Source: Eledone cirrhosa (Eukaryota). From it: DNA of 64,000 bases. A model generated the notes under the pieces. It was not told the DNA's origin and ran no database searches. It was given only the letters and a program-made list of their open reading frames with translations. How positions within the stretch are numbered: the first letter of the stretch is position 1; each line of letters starts with the position of its first letter. Location of the stretch: assembly GCA_964016885.1 (NCBI GenBank), contig OZ024743.1, positions 176,638,001-176,702,000 of the forward strand, in the 5' to 3' direction. Positions 25,022 through 39,760 of the stretch are shown here, one piece after another. The translations under genes and the position numbers were made by a program.

Positions 25022-28000
25022 AAAAAGAGAAGAATGTATTCACTGGTTATTGGTGTTCTTTGATAATTCAGATCTTTAGAGTAAGTCGTTATTGATATTA
25101 GTTCTGATATGTCTTTGTCAACTTTGGTGGATAACGTTAAGTCGTTGTTAACATTCTGGGGAACTTTCTCGCATTCGGCAGCGATTTTCAAACTGTTCTA
25201 CTGTGGTATGTTGATGATTTATTTGTGCCCTCAGCTGTACTTTTTAGATTGGGGATGGTTAGAATTTTTTGAATTTAATACCTGTGTATATATATATATG
25301 TTTCAATTTCATTTACTTGCGCGATGCTAACTTTGATATGTAAAATTGGGGGAACGGGTTGCTGTGTATTCTAATATTTTGTGTATGAGTGGCATCCAAA
25401 ACCTGAAGTTCCCGAGACCACCAAGGCCAAGGTCTAAATTCAACCCTGGATCTGGGAGTAGAGTGGTAAGCGTGTATATACAAATGAAGGCGCGTAAATC
25501 AAAATAAAACACACAGGAAAGGCAAAACGAAGACCCATGTTCATTTAGACCATTCGAGCCTAACTGACCATCACATCAAAACCTCCAATATCACCTTTTG
25601 TAAAATGGCAGAGCCGTTTGAGTGTTGGTTAGACTGTTCTGAGGTATTCATTCTTCAAGTCTCGTCGGGACCAACTTAGCTTTATATCTTTTTTCGATTA
25701 GTTTTTAATGAGATTTAAAGATGATTTGACTGCTATTTCTAGTAGAACAAATAAGCACATATATCCTACTACCTTACCTCAACTAACCTATATTTCAGAG
25801 GAGGTGTCTATTTTAAGCTACCTGTCTTTTCGCGATCAGTTTTTAATGACATATGAAGATGATTTGACTGCTATTTCTAGTAGAACAAATGACCACGTAG
25901 ATCACACCACTTTACCCCAACTAACCCATATTTCAAAAAAGTGTCTATTTTAAACTACTACCTGTAGGCCTGGAATTAAAATTTATGTTCTTACTTTCAT
26001 TTATATTTATTTTACTTTATTTTATTCTATATAGCAACAGTTGAACAATAGCGTCGTTGATTACAGGTTTCCAGCGGGCACATCACTGGTTCACTGCATT
26101 TATTTACTACATGTTTAAGATTCCTTTCAGTTTCCACAATGTTTATCTAATTTTTCTATAAAGGAAATAAAGAATACGACTCTTAAACACAGCTTAATAA
26201 TTAGTGAAACTGAAAAATCAATACACACACACATACACACACACAAATACACACACACACATACATGTGTGTGTGTGTGTGTGTGTATGCGTGTATATAC
26301 AGAGAGAGAAATATAGCGAAAGAAGGGAAGGAAGAAAGATGGAAGTGAGGAGAGGTTATTAGTAACGGCTTTTGAAATATCCAAATACCTAAAGAGTCTT
26401 TGGTAACAGCTAAATATCAAACAAAACAAAGCTGATTTACAAATACTAGTGAGCTTATGGCTATTAGATGTATCAAGGCCCAAAAGAAAAACACAAAACT
26501 CACGCTTCACTACATTACCTCCTATCATTAACTAAAAGAAACCAGTATATACGAGGACCGTATTTAAACTGAATGTGCAACAGGGCGAGAGAATGATTTG
26601 AGATATCTAAATTATACAGTTTAAATATCTAGATTAAATGCAGTGAACTTTGTAAATTATATGTGAATAAATAAATTCGGTAGAATCAGTTGATCTGGGT
26701 TTTATAGGTAAAATGTAAAAATGGAATACAAAGAAAAGAAAATGGTTCCATGTAACTTGTAGCTATTTGTCTTTAGATTTAGTTGTGTTTATTGCGAAAA
26801 GGAGAAGATGAGAGTGTTTTGTTTTTGTTTTTGTATTTTCTGTTCGTGTGAACATAAGTGCATGGCGTATATAAGAATAGTTCAGGAAAATTATAGATTA
26901 AAAACAAAATTAGAATTTGGTTTTTCGCTAACATAGCGGATATGTAAATGGATTCGTGAGTTTTATATTACACTATGTTTTTTCTTAGATGACTTTCATC
27001 TAAAAAAATATATATAGCGTAATGAGGCTGTTTGCTGGCAAACGATTCATATATTATTTGATATAAAACTCACGAATACATTATAGATTAAAAGTTTATT
27101 TCTGTCACAAGTTGTACTTTTTTCATGATCTACTCAACTATTATATATAATGATCAACAAATGTTATGGCCATTTGCGTTGGAACACACACAAATCAATT
27201 TTTCCCAAATTTGCTTAAGTTTATCGCTTCGTTTATACTTCTAACTACAAAAGTAAAATCTTTTAAAAAGACAGAATTGGTGGCCAGCAATCATCTATAT
27301 TTTTCGTCAGCCACACGCTGGAAATACGATTTCGTGCATATGTACGATATCTTATTTCCGGGCCTTTAATCTAATGAGAGTTTTTCATGATAAGACTGGG
27401 TCGCCTATCATTAAAACAGGCAAGAAATTTCTTATGAGATGAAACCTTGAAGGAGGCCAGCTAAAACAACGTAGGTGTGAGCAGTAACAATAACTATGTG
27501 TGTATTTGCACGCTCCTATGTGTGTATATATATATATATATATCCATTCCTAACTACATACGTACATACGTCACGCGTGCATGCATACATAAATACATAC
27601 ATACACACATACACACACACACCGTGTATACCTACATTCTCCACTAATGTATTTTCGATATTCAAATAAGCATTTGTTTATCCCTAAAGTATTTAACGTG
27701 TAAAGCACATTGAAGCTATTAATATTTACTTTCTCAAGTCATTATATAATAGTTTATCTAACGGTTTACCCACAATTTTGAGATGTTTGTTTGTCTTTTC
27801 AATGGAATGAGCCGGCTGTTCACTCCAGTAATAATTTTCCTATTTTTGTTCAAATTTCCAATAAGGTAGGCGTAATTGCCTGCTCAAGTGGTGATGTTTA
27901 ATTTGTTCTATTTACTGTTTAAATTTGTATTTTTAGTTGTTTTGTGGATGTGTCTGTGTTTTTTTGTTTTTGTTTTTCAATTATATTCTTCGAGTTCTAC

Positions 28001-28527
28001 ATATTTCAACATATCAATATTCTTAGACTATACAGTGGCGAATGTGCCACCAAAGGAACAACTTGTAGGGCCATTGAAGAATCTCTTGAATCTTGAAATA
28101 TGCACTTAAAGGCAGGCTTGGCGCTACCATTAAGGCCAACTAGGCAACTACGTTCGGCACATCTCACAGGGAGGCGAACTATCGAACAGTAATCGATCAG
28201 AGGTTTATAGAAATTTGTACAATCAATTTAAATATACAATAATTTTAATAAATAAATCATATATTGAATCAATAAATCATTAAGTAATTTTCCCTGTAGC
28301 AGCGTCGTGGAAATATCCAAATTGTTGAAGGGTTCGTATTTGTGTTATGAACTGCCATATGACTTGTAATGGATGCATGTAGAGAATGTAGGTTTAAATG
28401 CAGGTTTAATAAATCTGTTAGTACCTGGAAATCATTCAAATCATTCTGAGAAGTTTCCGCCACATTTGTTGGCAGTAGATTCATCAAATATAAAAGCCAA
28501 GGTAGCTGAGATAAAGTCTAAAGTATA

Positions 28528-28708
28528 GTGGATTGGCAGTTCGGCAGAGTTACGGCCCTTTACGTTCTGAGTTAAAATTTGATTAGCTTTGGCTTTCATC
28601 CTTACGGGGTCGATAAAATAAAGCACCAGTTATAGACTGGGGTCAATTTAATCGATTTTCCCGTTCCCCATAATTGCTGGCCTTGGGTCTAAACTAAAAG
28701 CACTTATT
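28528..28708 (+). mobile_element. tRNA-type SINE, diverged/internally shortened copy
   Basis: GTGGATTGGCAGT..CTTTCATCCTTACGGGGTCGATAAAATAAAGCACCAG..TTGCTGGCCTTG. Confidence 0.7.
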
Positions 28709-29143
28709 AAATTCGACGCTGTAGCAAGTCTGCCAATTCGCCGACATATTGTTAATGGAAATATAGTAAACAAAGCAGAAAGCCTGTTAGAAGTACTTCA
28801 GTATTTTGAGTTAGAATTTGATAATAATATGAAGACTTGGGAGTATTCAGACAAATATTTCATTAATAAATAGAAAATTGAATATATATCGTGACTTGAA
28901 TAAACATAGATATAACATGTTATTCAAAATTAATCATGATATAGTTATCGATATAGAACCTAGTAGAGAATCACATGTTAGGTTGGGGAAAAAATAAATT
29001 CATTTAAATGTAATGTATATATATATATAGAGAGAGAGACAGAAACTGCTGATGCCCGTCGTATACACACATTATATATATATTTGTATATACACATATA
29101 TATATATATTTATATACACATATATATATATATTTATATATAC

Positions 29144-29199
<56 letters not shown>

Positions 29200-29528
29200 A
29201 GTGGAAACTTAGTAACATCGAAGCTTTGGCTGTGGACAAGTAAAGTCGACCTACAATATGAATGAGTTAGCAAAGCACTCTATAGGTCCTTAGAGTAACA
29301 ACATACGTTTAAATAGCTTTACAAATTGAACATTGTGGTAGGCAAAACCTAACACACAATACCAGAGCAACGAAAAAACTAACAGGTTAATAAAAGATAC
29401 ACCTGGACAAATTAAACGATATACGTTTAAAGTGTTTCTGTGAATCCGAAATCAAATTTCCGACTTACGTAACAGGCACGCTCGTGGTATTCCATGATCG
29501 AACAGAGGACTCATTTCATCAACAGGGA

Positions 29529-29610
<82 letters not shown>

Positions 29611-29618
29611 GAGAGAGA

Positions 29619-29675
<57 letters not shown>

Positions 29676-30027
29676 GGGGGGGGGGAGATAAAGATAGACA
29701 GATAGAAAAGTTGTTTATCCGGAAGAGTTGAATCGTGACGTCTCGTCGATAAACGGGTGTAATTATTTAAAAGCATTCCACGTCAGTCATATATATTGAG
29801 ATTCACAATCACAGTCAGGAAGTTTCTTTGTGAAGAAGTTTCTTTGCATGAATAAATGTAGAGGTGGTTATGGTGGATGCGGAGAGGAGGACATGGAACA
29901 AAAAGATCGTTTAGGATATGAGAAAGTAATGTTTGTCAAAGTTACCCATTTTTGTTGAAATGTTTTAGAAATGTTTTGATAAAATGTGAATTTTGATCCC
30001 TGTGGAGGTGATGATAGGTGAAATAAT

Positions 30028-30213
30028 TGTTTCTACTTTAGGCACAAGGCCAGCAATTACCCAGTGCATTTCTGGTACTTTTATTTTATCGACCCCGTAA
30101 GGATGAAAGGCAAAGTCAACCTCGGCAGGATTTGAACTCAGATCGTAAAGGGACGTAACTATGGTGGAAAGCATGGCGTCCGACCCTCTACCGATACTGC
30201 CAATCCACCGCCC
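30028..30213 (-). mobile_element. tRNA-type SINE, full length
   Basis: Reverse complement of the 17532 SINE; flanked by ATGATAGGTGAAATAAT direct repeats. Confidence 0.9.
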
Positions 30214-30232
30214 TTATGATAGGTGAAATAAT

Positions 30233-30412
30233 TGTTTCTACTTTAGGCACAAGGCCAGCAATTACCCAGTGCATTACTGGTACTTTATTTTATCGACCCC
30301 GTAAGGATGAAAGGCAAAGTCAACCTCGGCGGGATTTGAACTCAGATCGTAAAGGGACGTAACTATGCTGGAAAGCATGACGTCCGACCCTCTACCGATA
30401 CTGCCAATCCAC
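30233..30412 (-). mobile_element. tRNA-type SINE, second tandem copy
   Basis: Near-identical to the adjacent copy; followed by a third TAGGTGAAATAAT. Confidence 0.9.
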
Positions 30413-30469
30413 TAGGTGAAATAATGGTGGTATGGTGAAGGTGTGGGTGTCGGCCTCAGTGAGAAGAGG

Positions 30470-33400
30470 AGTTCAAAACTTTTTCTCCAAATTTTTCAAA
30501 AATCTTCATCAAAGTTTTTCAGGATTCCCTTCAAAACTTTTTAAAAATATATTTCTCAAAATATTTCACAGCGTTTCTCAAAAATATCATCAAACATTTC
30601 CATAAAACTCTTTCCAAGTTATCACAAACGTTTTACCAAAAATTGCTTAAGACTCTTTTTTTATTTTCTTCGAAATATTTTCTAAAATTCAAAAACACTT
30701 CATTAAATCTTTGAAACACTTTCTTTGAAACTTTCTCAAAGTTTTCAAATATCTTCATTTTGCGAAATTTAGAGTATAATTTTCGAAAAAGATTGAGAAA
30801 ATTTTACGAAAATATTTTGATAGGATTATCAAGAAATTGTTGAGGATAATATTCAAAAACCTTTAAGCAAACCTTTTTGGTAAATATTTTGAGAAAATCT
30901 TTAATGAAATATGTGGGGAAAGTCTTGAGAAGACTTTCAATAAAATTTAGACAAAGATTTTAAGAAAATTGGAAAAAACATTTTTCTCGAGAAGTTTTGA
31001 GAAAATGTTATTAATAATTTTTGAGAAAAATTTTGAAATTTTTGTGAAAAACTTTTTAATTGTTGAAATTCTTTCGAAAATATTTTGCTGAAATTGAAAG
31101 GAAAATCTCTAGAGAAATATTTCAAAAATTTTTTAGAAATGTTTTGAGAAAAGATTTTAAAATTTTGATTGGATATTTCGGAAAACCTTTGAAAAATGTT
31201 GAGAAAAAGTTTGAAGAATGAAAATATTTAAGGAAATGTGTTTGGAATTTTGAGGAAATGTTTCTGTAAAATTATCTTGAAAAACGTTGTAAAATAATTA
31301 ACAATAATACAAATACTTTTGTATTATCTAACAAACACTTTTGGACCATTACACATCTTTACATAAAATTATCTTTCAAATCTAACCATCTGCATGTTCT
31401 GTTTATGCTCTATCGATAAATCACATTTATTTTAATTTATTTTATTTTTTTATTCAAATGAATGTTTGAATAGAATCAATTTAATTTTCTTTCGGCGATT
31501 GCTGTGGATGTGGTGATTGAGGAGATAAAAGGGATATAGTGGTGATAGTGATGGCAACTGCGTTGCCAGGAGAGAAGTAAAGAACAAAATGATTGTTCAG
31601 ATTATGCGAAAGAAATGTCACGTGTAAAAAACAATATTCATCAAAATTTTCTCAAACATTTTCTCCAAATTCTTCAAAATTCTCTTCACAATTTTCTTCA
31701 CAATTTTTCTCAAAATGTTTTTGAAAAATTCATCAAAACTTTTCGTAAAAAACTTCCCGAACATTTTAATCAAAATTATCCTAAACATTTTCCGAAAATG
31801 CTCCCATATTCTTTTCAAAAGCTTTCTTTAAAAAGTGATTAAGTCTATGAAAATTTTCAGCCAGCGTTTTCTCAAAATTTTCCTCGGATTTTCTTTAAAC
31901 GTTTTCTCAAATTTTTGGAAAATCTTCGTTAAAATTTTCACAAATGTTTTCTTAATTTCTTTTCAAAATTTTCTATTATAAAACATTTCAACAAATATTT
32001 TCTCAAAATTATTATCATAATCTTTTACATAGTTTTTGAGAACATAAACATATTCTACAGAAAAGTTTGTAAAAAAAAAAAGAATTTATCGAAATTTTCT
32101 GCAAAATGTTTGTCCAAATGTTTTGAAAATCTTCAAATTTTTCAAAACATTTCATCAAAGTTTTCTTCAAAGCCTTCATTAAAATTCTATTCAAAATTCT
32201 CCACAAAATGTTTTAGAACTTTTCCAAAACGATCATGAAAAATGTCCCTAAAGAATCTTCAAATAATTTAGTCAAAATTATATCCAAACTTTCCCTAAAA
32301 TTTCCATAAAGTTTTTTCAAAACTTTTCTTCAAAATTATTTCTAAATTTCGAAACGTTTCCTGAAAAGTATTCCCAATATTTCTAAAAATATTGTTAAAA
32401 TTTCATTTAACATTTCCCGCGAAGTTTTTAAAAAATTTCATATTGTGAAACTTTTGGGAGAATTTTGCGTGAAATTAATTGAGAAATTTGTGGAATTTTT
32501 AAAAAGACTTTTCCGTAATATTATTTCGATCACCTTTTGATAAAATTTTGAAGATAATTGTGAGAGAAATATTTGAAAAATAGTAAGGAAAATTGTTAAG
32601 AAACCTTTTAAGACAACGTTTTATTAAATCTTTCGGAATCATTCTGAAAGATTTGGTGAATATTTAGAAAATTGTATTAAAATATTTTGAAACATTTTAA
32701 AGAGGAAGATGTTTTCAAACTTTTTGAGGGATATATTTGCGCAATCTTTTAATAAATTAGATGCAATTTTAAAACAAATATTTAACACTATTTTTATTCT
32801 TAAAACATCTTTCAGAAGTTATCTAAACGTTTCTCAAATATCTCAAAACCAATACCTCAAATATTTTTCAAAAGCTACTTGGAGAAAAGATTCAGTCAGT
32901 AAAGTTTTAAATATAATTATAAAAACAACAACAAATGTTGCAAACATTATGTTAATAATTTTGAAAGAATATTTGTGTAAATTCTTATAGTAGAAAATTT
33001 TGAAGCAAATTTCTAGAAAAATGTTTGGGAAAATTTCTGTGAAATTTTCCAAATAATTGAGAAAATTTAGAAAATAATGTGAGGAAATTTTAATGTAAAC
33101 TTTGAGGCAAATATTAAAGAAACATTATATACATTTGTGGAAAATTTTACGAAATATTTAAGGAAATGATTTTTAAAACTTTGAGTAGTATGCTTGCTGA
33201 AGTTTTGGTGAAAGGTTTCTGAAAATATTTCTCTAATATTTTAGCCAACTTTCTGAAAATATTTGAAAACTTTTCTTCAAAATATTTTCTAAATTAAAAA
33301 CGTTTCCTGAATAATATTCACAAAATTTCTGAGAATATCATCAAAGGTTTATTTTAAATTTCACTCAACGTTTTGAAACATTTCATTTTGGGAAATGTTT

Positions 33401-33885
33401 GTGAAAATATTGAGTAAAAGTTTCGAAATAATAATTAAGAAAACATTTGAAAAATTTGGTGAAAAGTTTTAAAGAAATATCTGAAATATGTTCTACAACC
33501 ATTTGATAAAATTGTCAATGAAGTTTTGAAGGTTTCTTTCGAACATTTTGAGGAATATATTTCGGGAATTTAAAGAAAATATTTGAAAATCTCTCGTAGA
33601 AAATTTAGGGGGGAAATATAGGAGAAATTATCAGTAAAATGTTAGAAAAAAATTTCTTTTTAATTTCTGAAAATCGTAAACAATTTAATAATTCAGAGAG
33701 CATATTAATAAAATTTTGCGAAATCTTTTTGGGAAAATTTCGAGTAGAATTTGTGAAAGAATTAAGAAAGATCTTTGAAAACATCTTGATGAAATTTTAA
33801 AGAAAACATTAAAGAAAATTATTGAGTAACTTTTTTAAGAAAATTGTTTATCATTTTTTAGTGAAGTGTTTGTAAAATATTGAAC
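30470..33885. repeat. A/T-tract cryptic repeat with alternating strand polarity (diverged fold-back units)
   Basis: TTTTC(T)CAAAA-type blocks alternate with TTTTG(A)GAAAA-type blocks; switch motifs at 30754, 32436, 33381. Confidence 0.7.
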
Positions 33886-33889
33886 TATG

Positions 33890-35136
33890 AAACACCTTCA
33901 CTTTCAATTAACAATCCAACTCATAAAGAAGATCATTTTACATTGATCTTGATAAACATGTTCCCGCTTCTCTAAACAAGATCTTTCCATAGCTGAAAAA
34001 ATACTGTGGAAGGTGAGAAACTTCAATCGGGTAGTTTCAGGCTTGCAGACACATAAGTTTTAATTTGTTGTTTTAATCATCTTTCATAAAAATGCAAGTC
34101 ACTTTAGAGTAAACAACACAAGTCAGGCTTTACTAGTTAAAAAATGGCAATAAGTGTTCCGAATACCGTAAAAACTATGCAAAAGTGTACGATGGATGCG
34201 TTTTGAATGTTCCATAATTACCAACAATGATTCAATAAATTTCTATAGGGGGGACATTAATTTGGTAGATAGCCACTGTTCCTGGTGACCTCTTTCTTTT
34301 GACAATCATATGCTGAAAGGCGTGATTAAAAAAATCCTCATGCATCTGTTTTAGCAGAGATTTACAAAAAGGGGTTTATTCGGCTGTAAAGTTCCATCGC
34401 CATTTACAGGATCTTAGAATATTGGCACAGGAACTGAGTGAAAATAATCGAAGAGAACGCATCAACATCTGCACTTTTCTTCATTCTCGAGAGCGTAAGC
34501 TTCCATTTTTTAACTGTCTAGTAACCGCTAATGAAACGTTGATACTCTATAAGAATGTTAAACGCCGACGGTAGGGGGTTCAATCAGGACAAGTAAAACC
34601 TCATCCACAGAAGGTTTTGTTACGCGTTTGATGGGATATGACGAACACATTTTGAAACCTTGCCACTAAACCAGACAACCACAACTCAAATGTAATGGGA
34701 ACAACTCGATGAATTCAATCAAAATTGAAAGAAAAACTGTACTCTCGAAGCGTGGTGTTACGTCAACTTCCGACCCCATAGTGGAAGAATGATATGTTTC
34801 AAGACTGAGGAACTTTGCCGGGGAAGCTTTCCACATATATTTTCTCCTGACTCTGCTTCTTAAGATTATCATTTATTCCGAAGTTTGCACTATTTTATTA
34901 ATGGAAAAAGCGTACAATTTATATAGAGGCACATTAAAGGAATCTAGCGCGATTTCCCACCTCATAACCGCCTGATTTCTATAGGAATGGTATAAGAAAC
35001 CTTTTACAATGTTGGAATGATGTTATTAATTTCGTTGTAGAGTATATACTTGATTAAATTAGTGAATAACGTGTGTCTTTTATCTCTTTAAAACCTACTA
35101 CCAGAAAAATGACATTACTTAGGGGATGACCTGATA
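33890..35136 (+). mobile_element. Decayed mariner transposon
   Basis: Fragmented translations ELSENNRRERINICTFLHSRE, ILYKNVKRRR, HPQKVLLRV*WD, FSPDSAS*DYHLFRSL (YSPDLAPSDYHLFRSL motif); right TIR GACATTACTTAGGGGATGACCTGATA then TA; left TIR not seen. Confidence 0.82.
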
Positions 35137-35176
35137 TATATAAATGTATATATGTGCGTGTGCGTGTGTGTGTGTT

Positions 35177-35214
<38 letters not shown>

Positions 35215-35632
35215 TGGAGGGGGGGGGGGGGGTCGGACGTGTCTGAGTTTGTCTAAATATGTATATAAGAATACTTACATTTATGTTTACGTTTGAATCT
35301 GCCTGTGTTTATGTTCGCAATCTGAGCGAGATCGATAAAGTAAGTACCACACTTGGGAAAATAAATGTTGTGGTCGATATGATCGGCTAAATCGAGGCGC
35401 TGCTCCAGCTTGGTCGTAGTCTAATGACTGAATCATATAGAATATATATATATATATACAATATTCATTTATTCTTTACTGGTTTACATGGAATCCAGTA
35501 CATATATTTTCCATGCTGGTACGTATTTTATCGATCTCTTTTTGTCGAACTGCTTGGTTACTCGGCATAAATAAATAGTAAACACTAACACGGATCCACA
35601 TACAGAGAGAGAGGGGGGGATATATAGAGATG

Positions 35633-35663
<31 letters not shown>

Positions 35664-36193
35664 GGGGAGAGCGAGAGAGAGGGAGAGAAAGAGAGGGAGA
35701 GAGGCAGAGAGAGAGAGAAAGAGAGAGAGAGATAAAGTGTGATAAGGACACACACACTCGCACGCACACAAGCACACATACACAAAATAAATATGTGCTC
35801 GCTTGTGTACAAGTGAAAAAATAAGTTGATGATTGACATGGTCATTACTAAGAGTACAATCTCTCAGATGTCTGCTATAAATGAATTTTGATTTGCTTTG
35901 CCTTGAAAGTTCAGTCCTCGGCGATTGTTGATTACATTGCGTTTTTTTTTTAAATGAGCTTCTTCCCGTGATTTTGCAAACTTCCAGTATGAGTTATCGC
36001 AATATGCTATTCCACACCGAATCAACTCATGGCCAAGATTAGGCTTTCAGGTGTTTCAGACCACCTCTGACACCTTAATCTCGTTAGTATAGAGAACTAT
36101 CCTGTTGAACACCTTTCTATCAGTGCTGCAAACTCTACTGCTACAAGATTCCTAATTATACGTAGTTGTATTACAAATGGAGTTCTTGGATTA

Positions 36194-36385
36194 GCGGTGG
36201 ATTGGCAGTATCGGTAGAGGGTTGGACCCCATGCTTTGCAGCATAGATTTACATACCTTTACGGTCTGAGTTCAAATCCTGCTGAGGATAACTTTGCCTT
36301 TCATCCTAAACGGGGTCGATAAAATAAGGCACCAGTAATGCACTTGAATAATTGCTGAGCTTCTGCCAAATGTAGAAACAATTAT
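36194..36385 (+). mobile_element. tRNA-type SINE with target-site duplication
   Basis: Colinear with other copies; AAATGGAGTTCTT on both sides. Confidence 0.85.
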
Positions 36386-36685
36386 AAATGGAGTTCTTAC
36401 AGAAATATACCGTCACATCATTTGGCTTCCTATAAGCATGGAACTTGTCTGTCTAAATAACTAATGTAAGATCAAAGACTCACTTCTCACAATCAGAATA
36501 CTGGCGAGGGGGTTTCACATTTACTGGACATCTGATTGATTAGACACATGTGTTCCTGCTTTTGAAATTCCAAGTACTTGTTGTATAGACGCACACGCAC
36601 TCCGATACACAAACACACTCGCACAAAAGTACACACACATACACATACATATACAAATCATACACCCATATAAATAAATACACGT

Positions 36686-36742
<57 letters not shown>

Positions 36743-37321
36743 CGTGTATGTAAGATGGGTTACAAATAAGAAAGAGAGAGACAGAGAGAGAAAGATGGAA
36801 TGTTATTAGTAAGACCATTATTCAATTTAGTATACTATACATAAGAAAATTAGAGTTTACATATTATTTTTGCAATTCTTTACAAAGAAATCCCTATAAT
36901 AATACATACAATATATATATATATATATATATTTAACACCCTTCTAGCGGGTCCGGGTAAGTTTTTTACATTCATTTAAATTATTGATTTATTGATATTT
37001 TATTTGAGTGACCCGAATCCTCCTGGTCGTTCTTTTTCGGCTGCGCGGGTGATTTTAGGCATAATCTTTATGTGTTGGTAATTTAACGATAGTTATAGCT
37101 CTGATTTATCCAAATTATTGAGCCCTCTGCCACTCATATCGGATTTGTTTATCGTTAATTCGTGAGCTGATTTTCCGATACTCGATTATTCTATTATATA
37201 TATATATATATATAGGAAAAGAGTCAGGGGTCCTGATTCTTTTCCTATTACCCACTCTACTACGCTAAGTATCGAGTACTCTGGTGCGTTATGGTCTACC
37301 TGGTATCTTACCACACCTTTG

Positions 37322-37360
<39 letters not shown>

Positions 37361-37378
37361 AGTATGTGTGCGTATATG

Positions 37379-37475
<97 letters not shown>

Positions 37476-38157
37476 GTGTGTGTGCGCGCGCGCAGGCGCG
37501 CACGCGCGTGTGTGTGTGTGTGTAAGATTTACATTACGGTGTATTTGGAAGCATTGTTATAAAATTTGAATAAATTTGGAATATAACTTAGAAGCCTTGC
37601 ACTGAGCATTTTATTTCGAAAAACATAATTTTCAAACACCTACGTTACCTTCATAGAAATATAATATTGTCTCCTCAAAGCTAGAGTCAGAAAATATTTG
37701 AAGTCGGGATACCAATATATTAAACATAGTATGTTCGTACATAGAGATTTACTGGACAACTCAGACCGTGACGGGAATATAGCAGCGGTGAAGATGAGAA
37801 AAATGGAATAAAATTCATTTATTGACACATGATAGATCCAATTCCTTTTTATTCTTATTCTGATATTTATTTTTCTTTGCCGCTATCCACTGTCACGTCT
37901 CTAATAGAGTCCCCACCTGTTAATCAACGTATAATTCCGCCCTAAGGAGATGGACTTGGCTGAAGTTAACAGCAAAAATGTGATTAATTTCCTATTTTGC
38001 AATCGAAATGGTTTAAGATGACCATCGGGCATTCTGTCCTATAATAATATCTACACTCTACTTTCCTTAAGTATAGAGTACTAAGTTGAATAATGGTATT
38101 ACTAGTCTTAACTAATAACATTCCATCTCTCTCTCTCTCTCTTTCTCTCTCACTCTA

Positions 38158-38192
<35 letters not shown>

Positions 38193-38519
38193 GTGTGTAT
38201 AAATACATATATATATGTTTGTGTGTGTGTATGTATATATGTATATATATATATGTATGTGTATATATATATATATATATAATGTATAACTATGTATGTA
38301 TGTATAAACCAATTATTTTTGTCAGCAGGACATCCAATATAGGCAGCTATTGAAAACGTTCGGAAGAGACAAGAAAGGTTGAAGGTTATTAACATCGAGT
38401 AACAACACACTCAACACCAGAAGAAAATCGATGGATAAGCAGAGAGGAAACAATCATATAGGAAAATAAAAGAATTTCAGAATTTGGCAAAGAAATAATC
38501 TACAACAGAATTCCAAACA

Positions 38520-39100
38520 TGGAAAGGACCGTCGTCGGTTTCGACGATGAGTGTTCCAGTTGTTTGATCAATAGAAGAACCTACTCGTAAAATTAATGAG
38601 TAAGTATTAGATTAACTGTGTGCATTATGTGAAATATTGTATATATGTATCTAACTTAGAATGTAAATAAAATTATCTAAATTGCTATTGCTAGAACCCT
38701 AGGGATCTAACAGAGCTGACCTTTATATAATCAACTCTGTTTAATGAACAGTTGAGCTCAAACTCTAAAACACTTTCTGTATCTACACTGTATATAACAT
38801 CTATCGTTGTCTTAACAGGAGCGTGTGTTGTTGAGCACTTTACAGATATGGGTACCCTTAGTAGAATTCTACGAGTCAGAGTGACACATTGTATGACTGG
38901 GTTACAACTTTTCAATTAGACATACAATTCATCCCACGGGCTCCCAGGTGGCTTTTGTTACCCAATTTCACTCACGAAGTAGACGTCAACCCGAGCCTAC
39001 GATAATTAAATGGAGTGGAGCAACGCGAAATATAGTGTCTTGTTCAAGGACACAACGCCTCTACAGGAATCGAACTTTAAGATCGTGAGCACTAGGTTAT
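38520..39100 (-). mobile_element. Old second-family SINE remnant, interrupted
   Basis: GTGTCTTGTTCAAGGACACAACG..GGAATCGAAC reads as a B-box/SINE head on the minus strand; heavily diverged. Confidence 0.35.
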
Positions 39101-39581
39101 ACATCTCCACGCGATATATATTTGTATATATATATGTATATATATATAAATATATATATATCTGTATATATGTATCTATCTTAGAATGTAAATATAATTA
39201 TCTAAATTGCTAAAGAAAAACTTTGATATAACACCTGCAGCCCTGATGGTATCCAATGATGTTGACTTGTTCTTCTTTTTGGTAAATATCATCTTGGTTA
39301 AGAGAGTGGGACTGGCTTTGTGCAGTGCCTTTGCTCACTATAAAAGCTTTACGGCACAGGCATTGCTTTATATCTGGAGATCTCTCTGCACTTGTCATCA
39401 CATGGTACCATGGGCCCAGCACTATGTGTCAATAATTGTCAGAAGTGTAGTGTTAGTACCAGAGTTTTCAAGTCGCTGGCTGGACTAAAAAGTCACACTC
39501 GTTCAGCGCATTGGTAGGGGTTCTCCTACATGGATATAAAGTAGTGGCCGTACTCGAAAACGAGTTGGCAGCCACCATATA

Positions 39582-39642
<61 letters not shown>

Positions 39643-39760
39643 TAGATTCGTTGACAAATATATCAATGTGCCCAGACACGCAGATATATTGCCCTTGGTA
39701 TGACAGTGTAGTTTTAGCTCAATGTAGGATAACTGGTATACTACAGAGCCGTTATAGGTT

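Noticed and set aside
29349-29363. 15-bp match CTAACACACAATACC to the reverse complement of the left satellite
   Set aside because: Single short low-complexity match; cannot support an origin link
29420-29530. Minus-strand TTGATGA..GAAAC in a TA-flanked insert; similar case near 44760-44830
   Set aside because: Cores mutated and stems not convincing; probably decayed Penelope ends but unsupported
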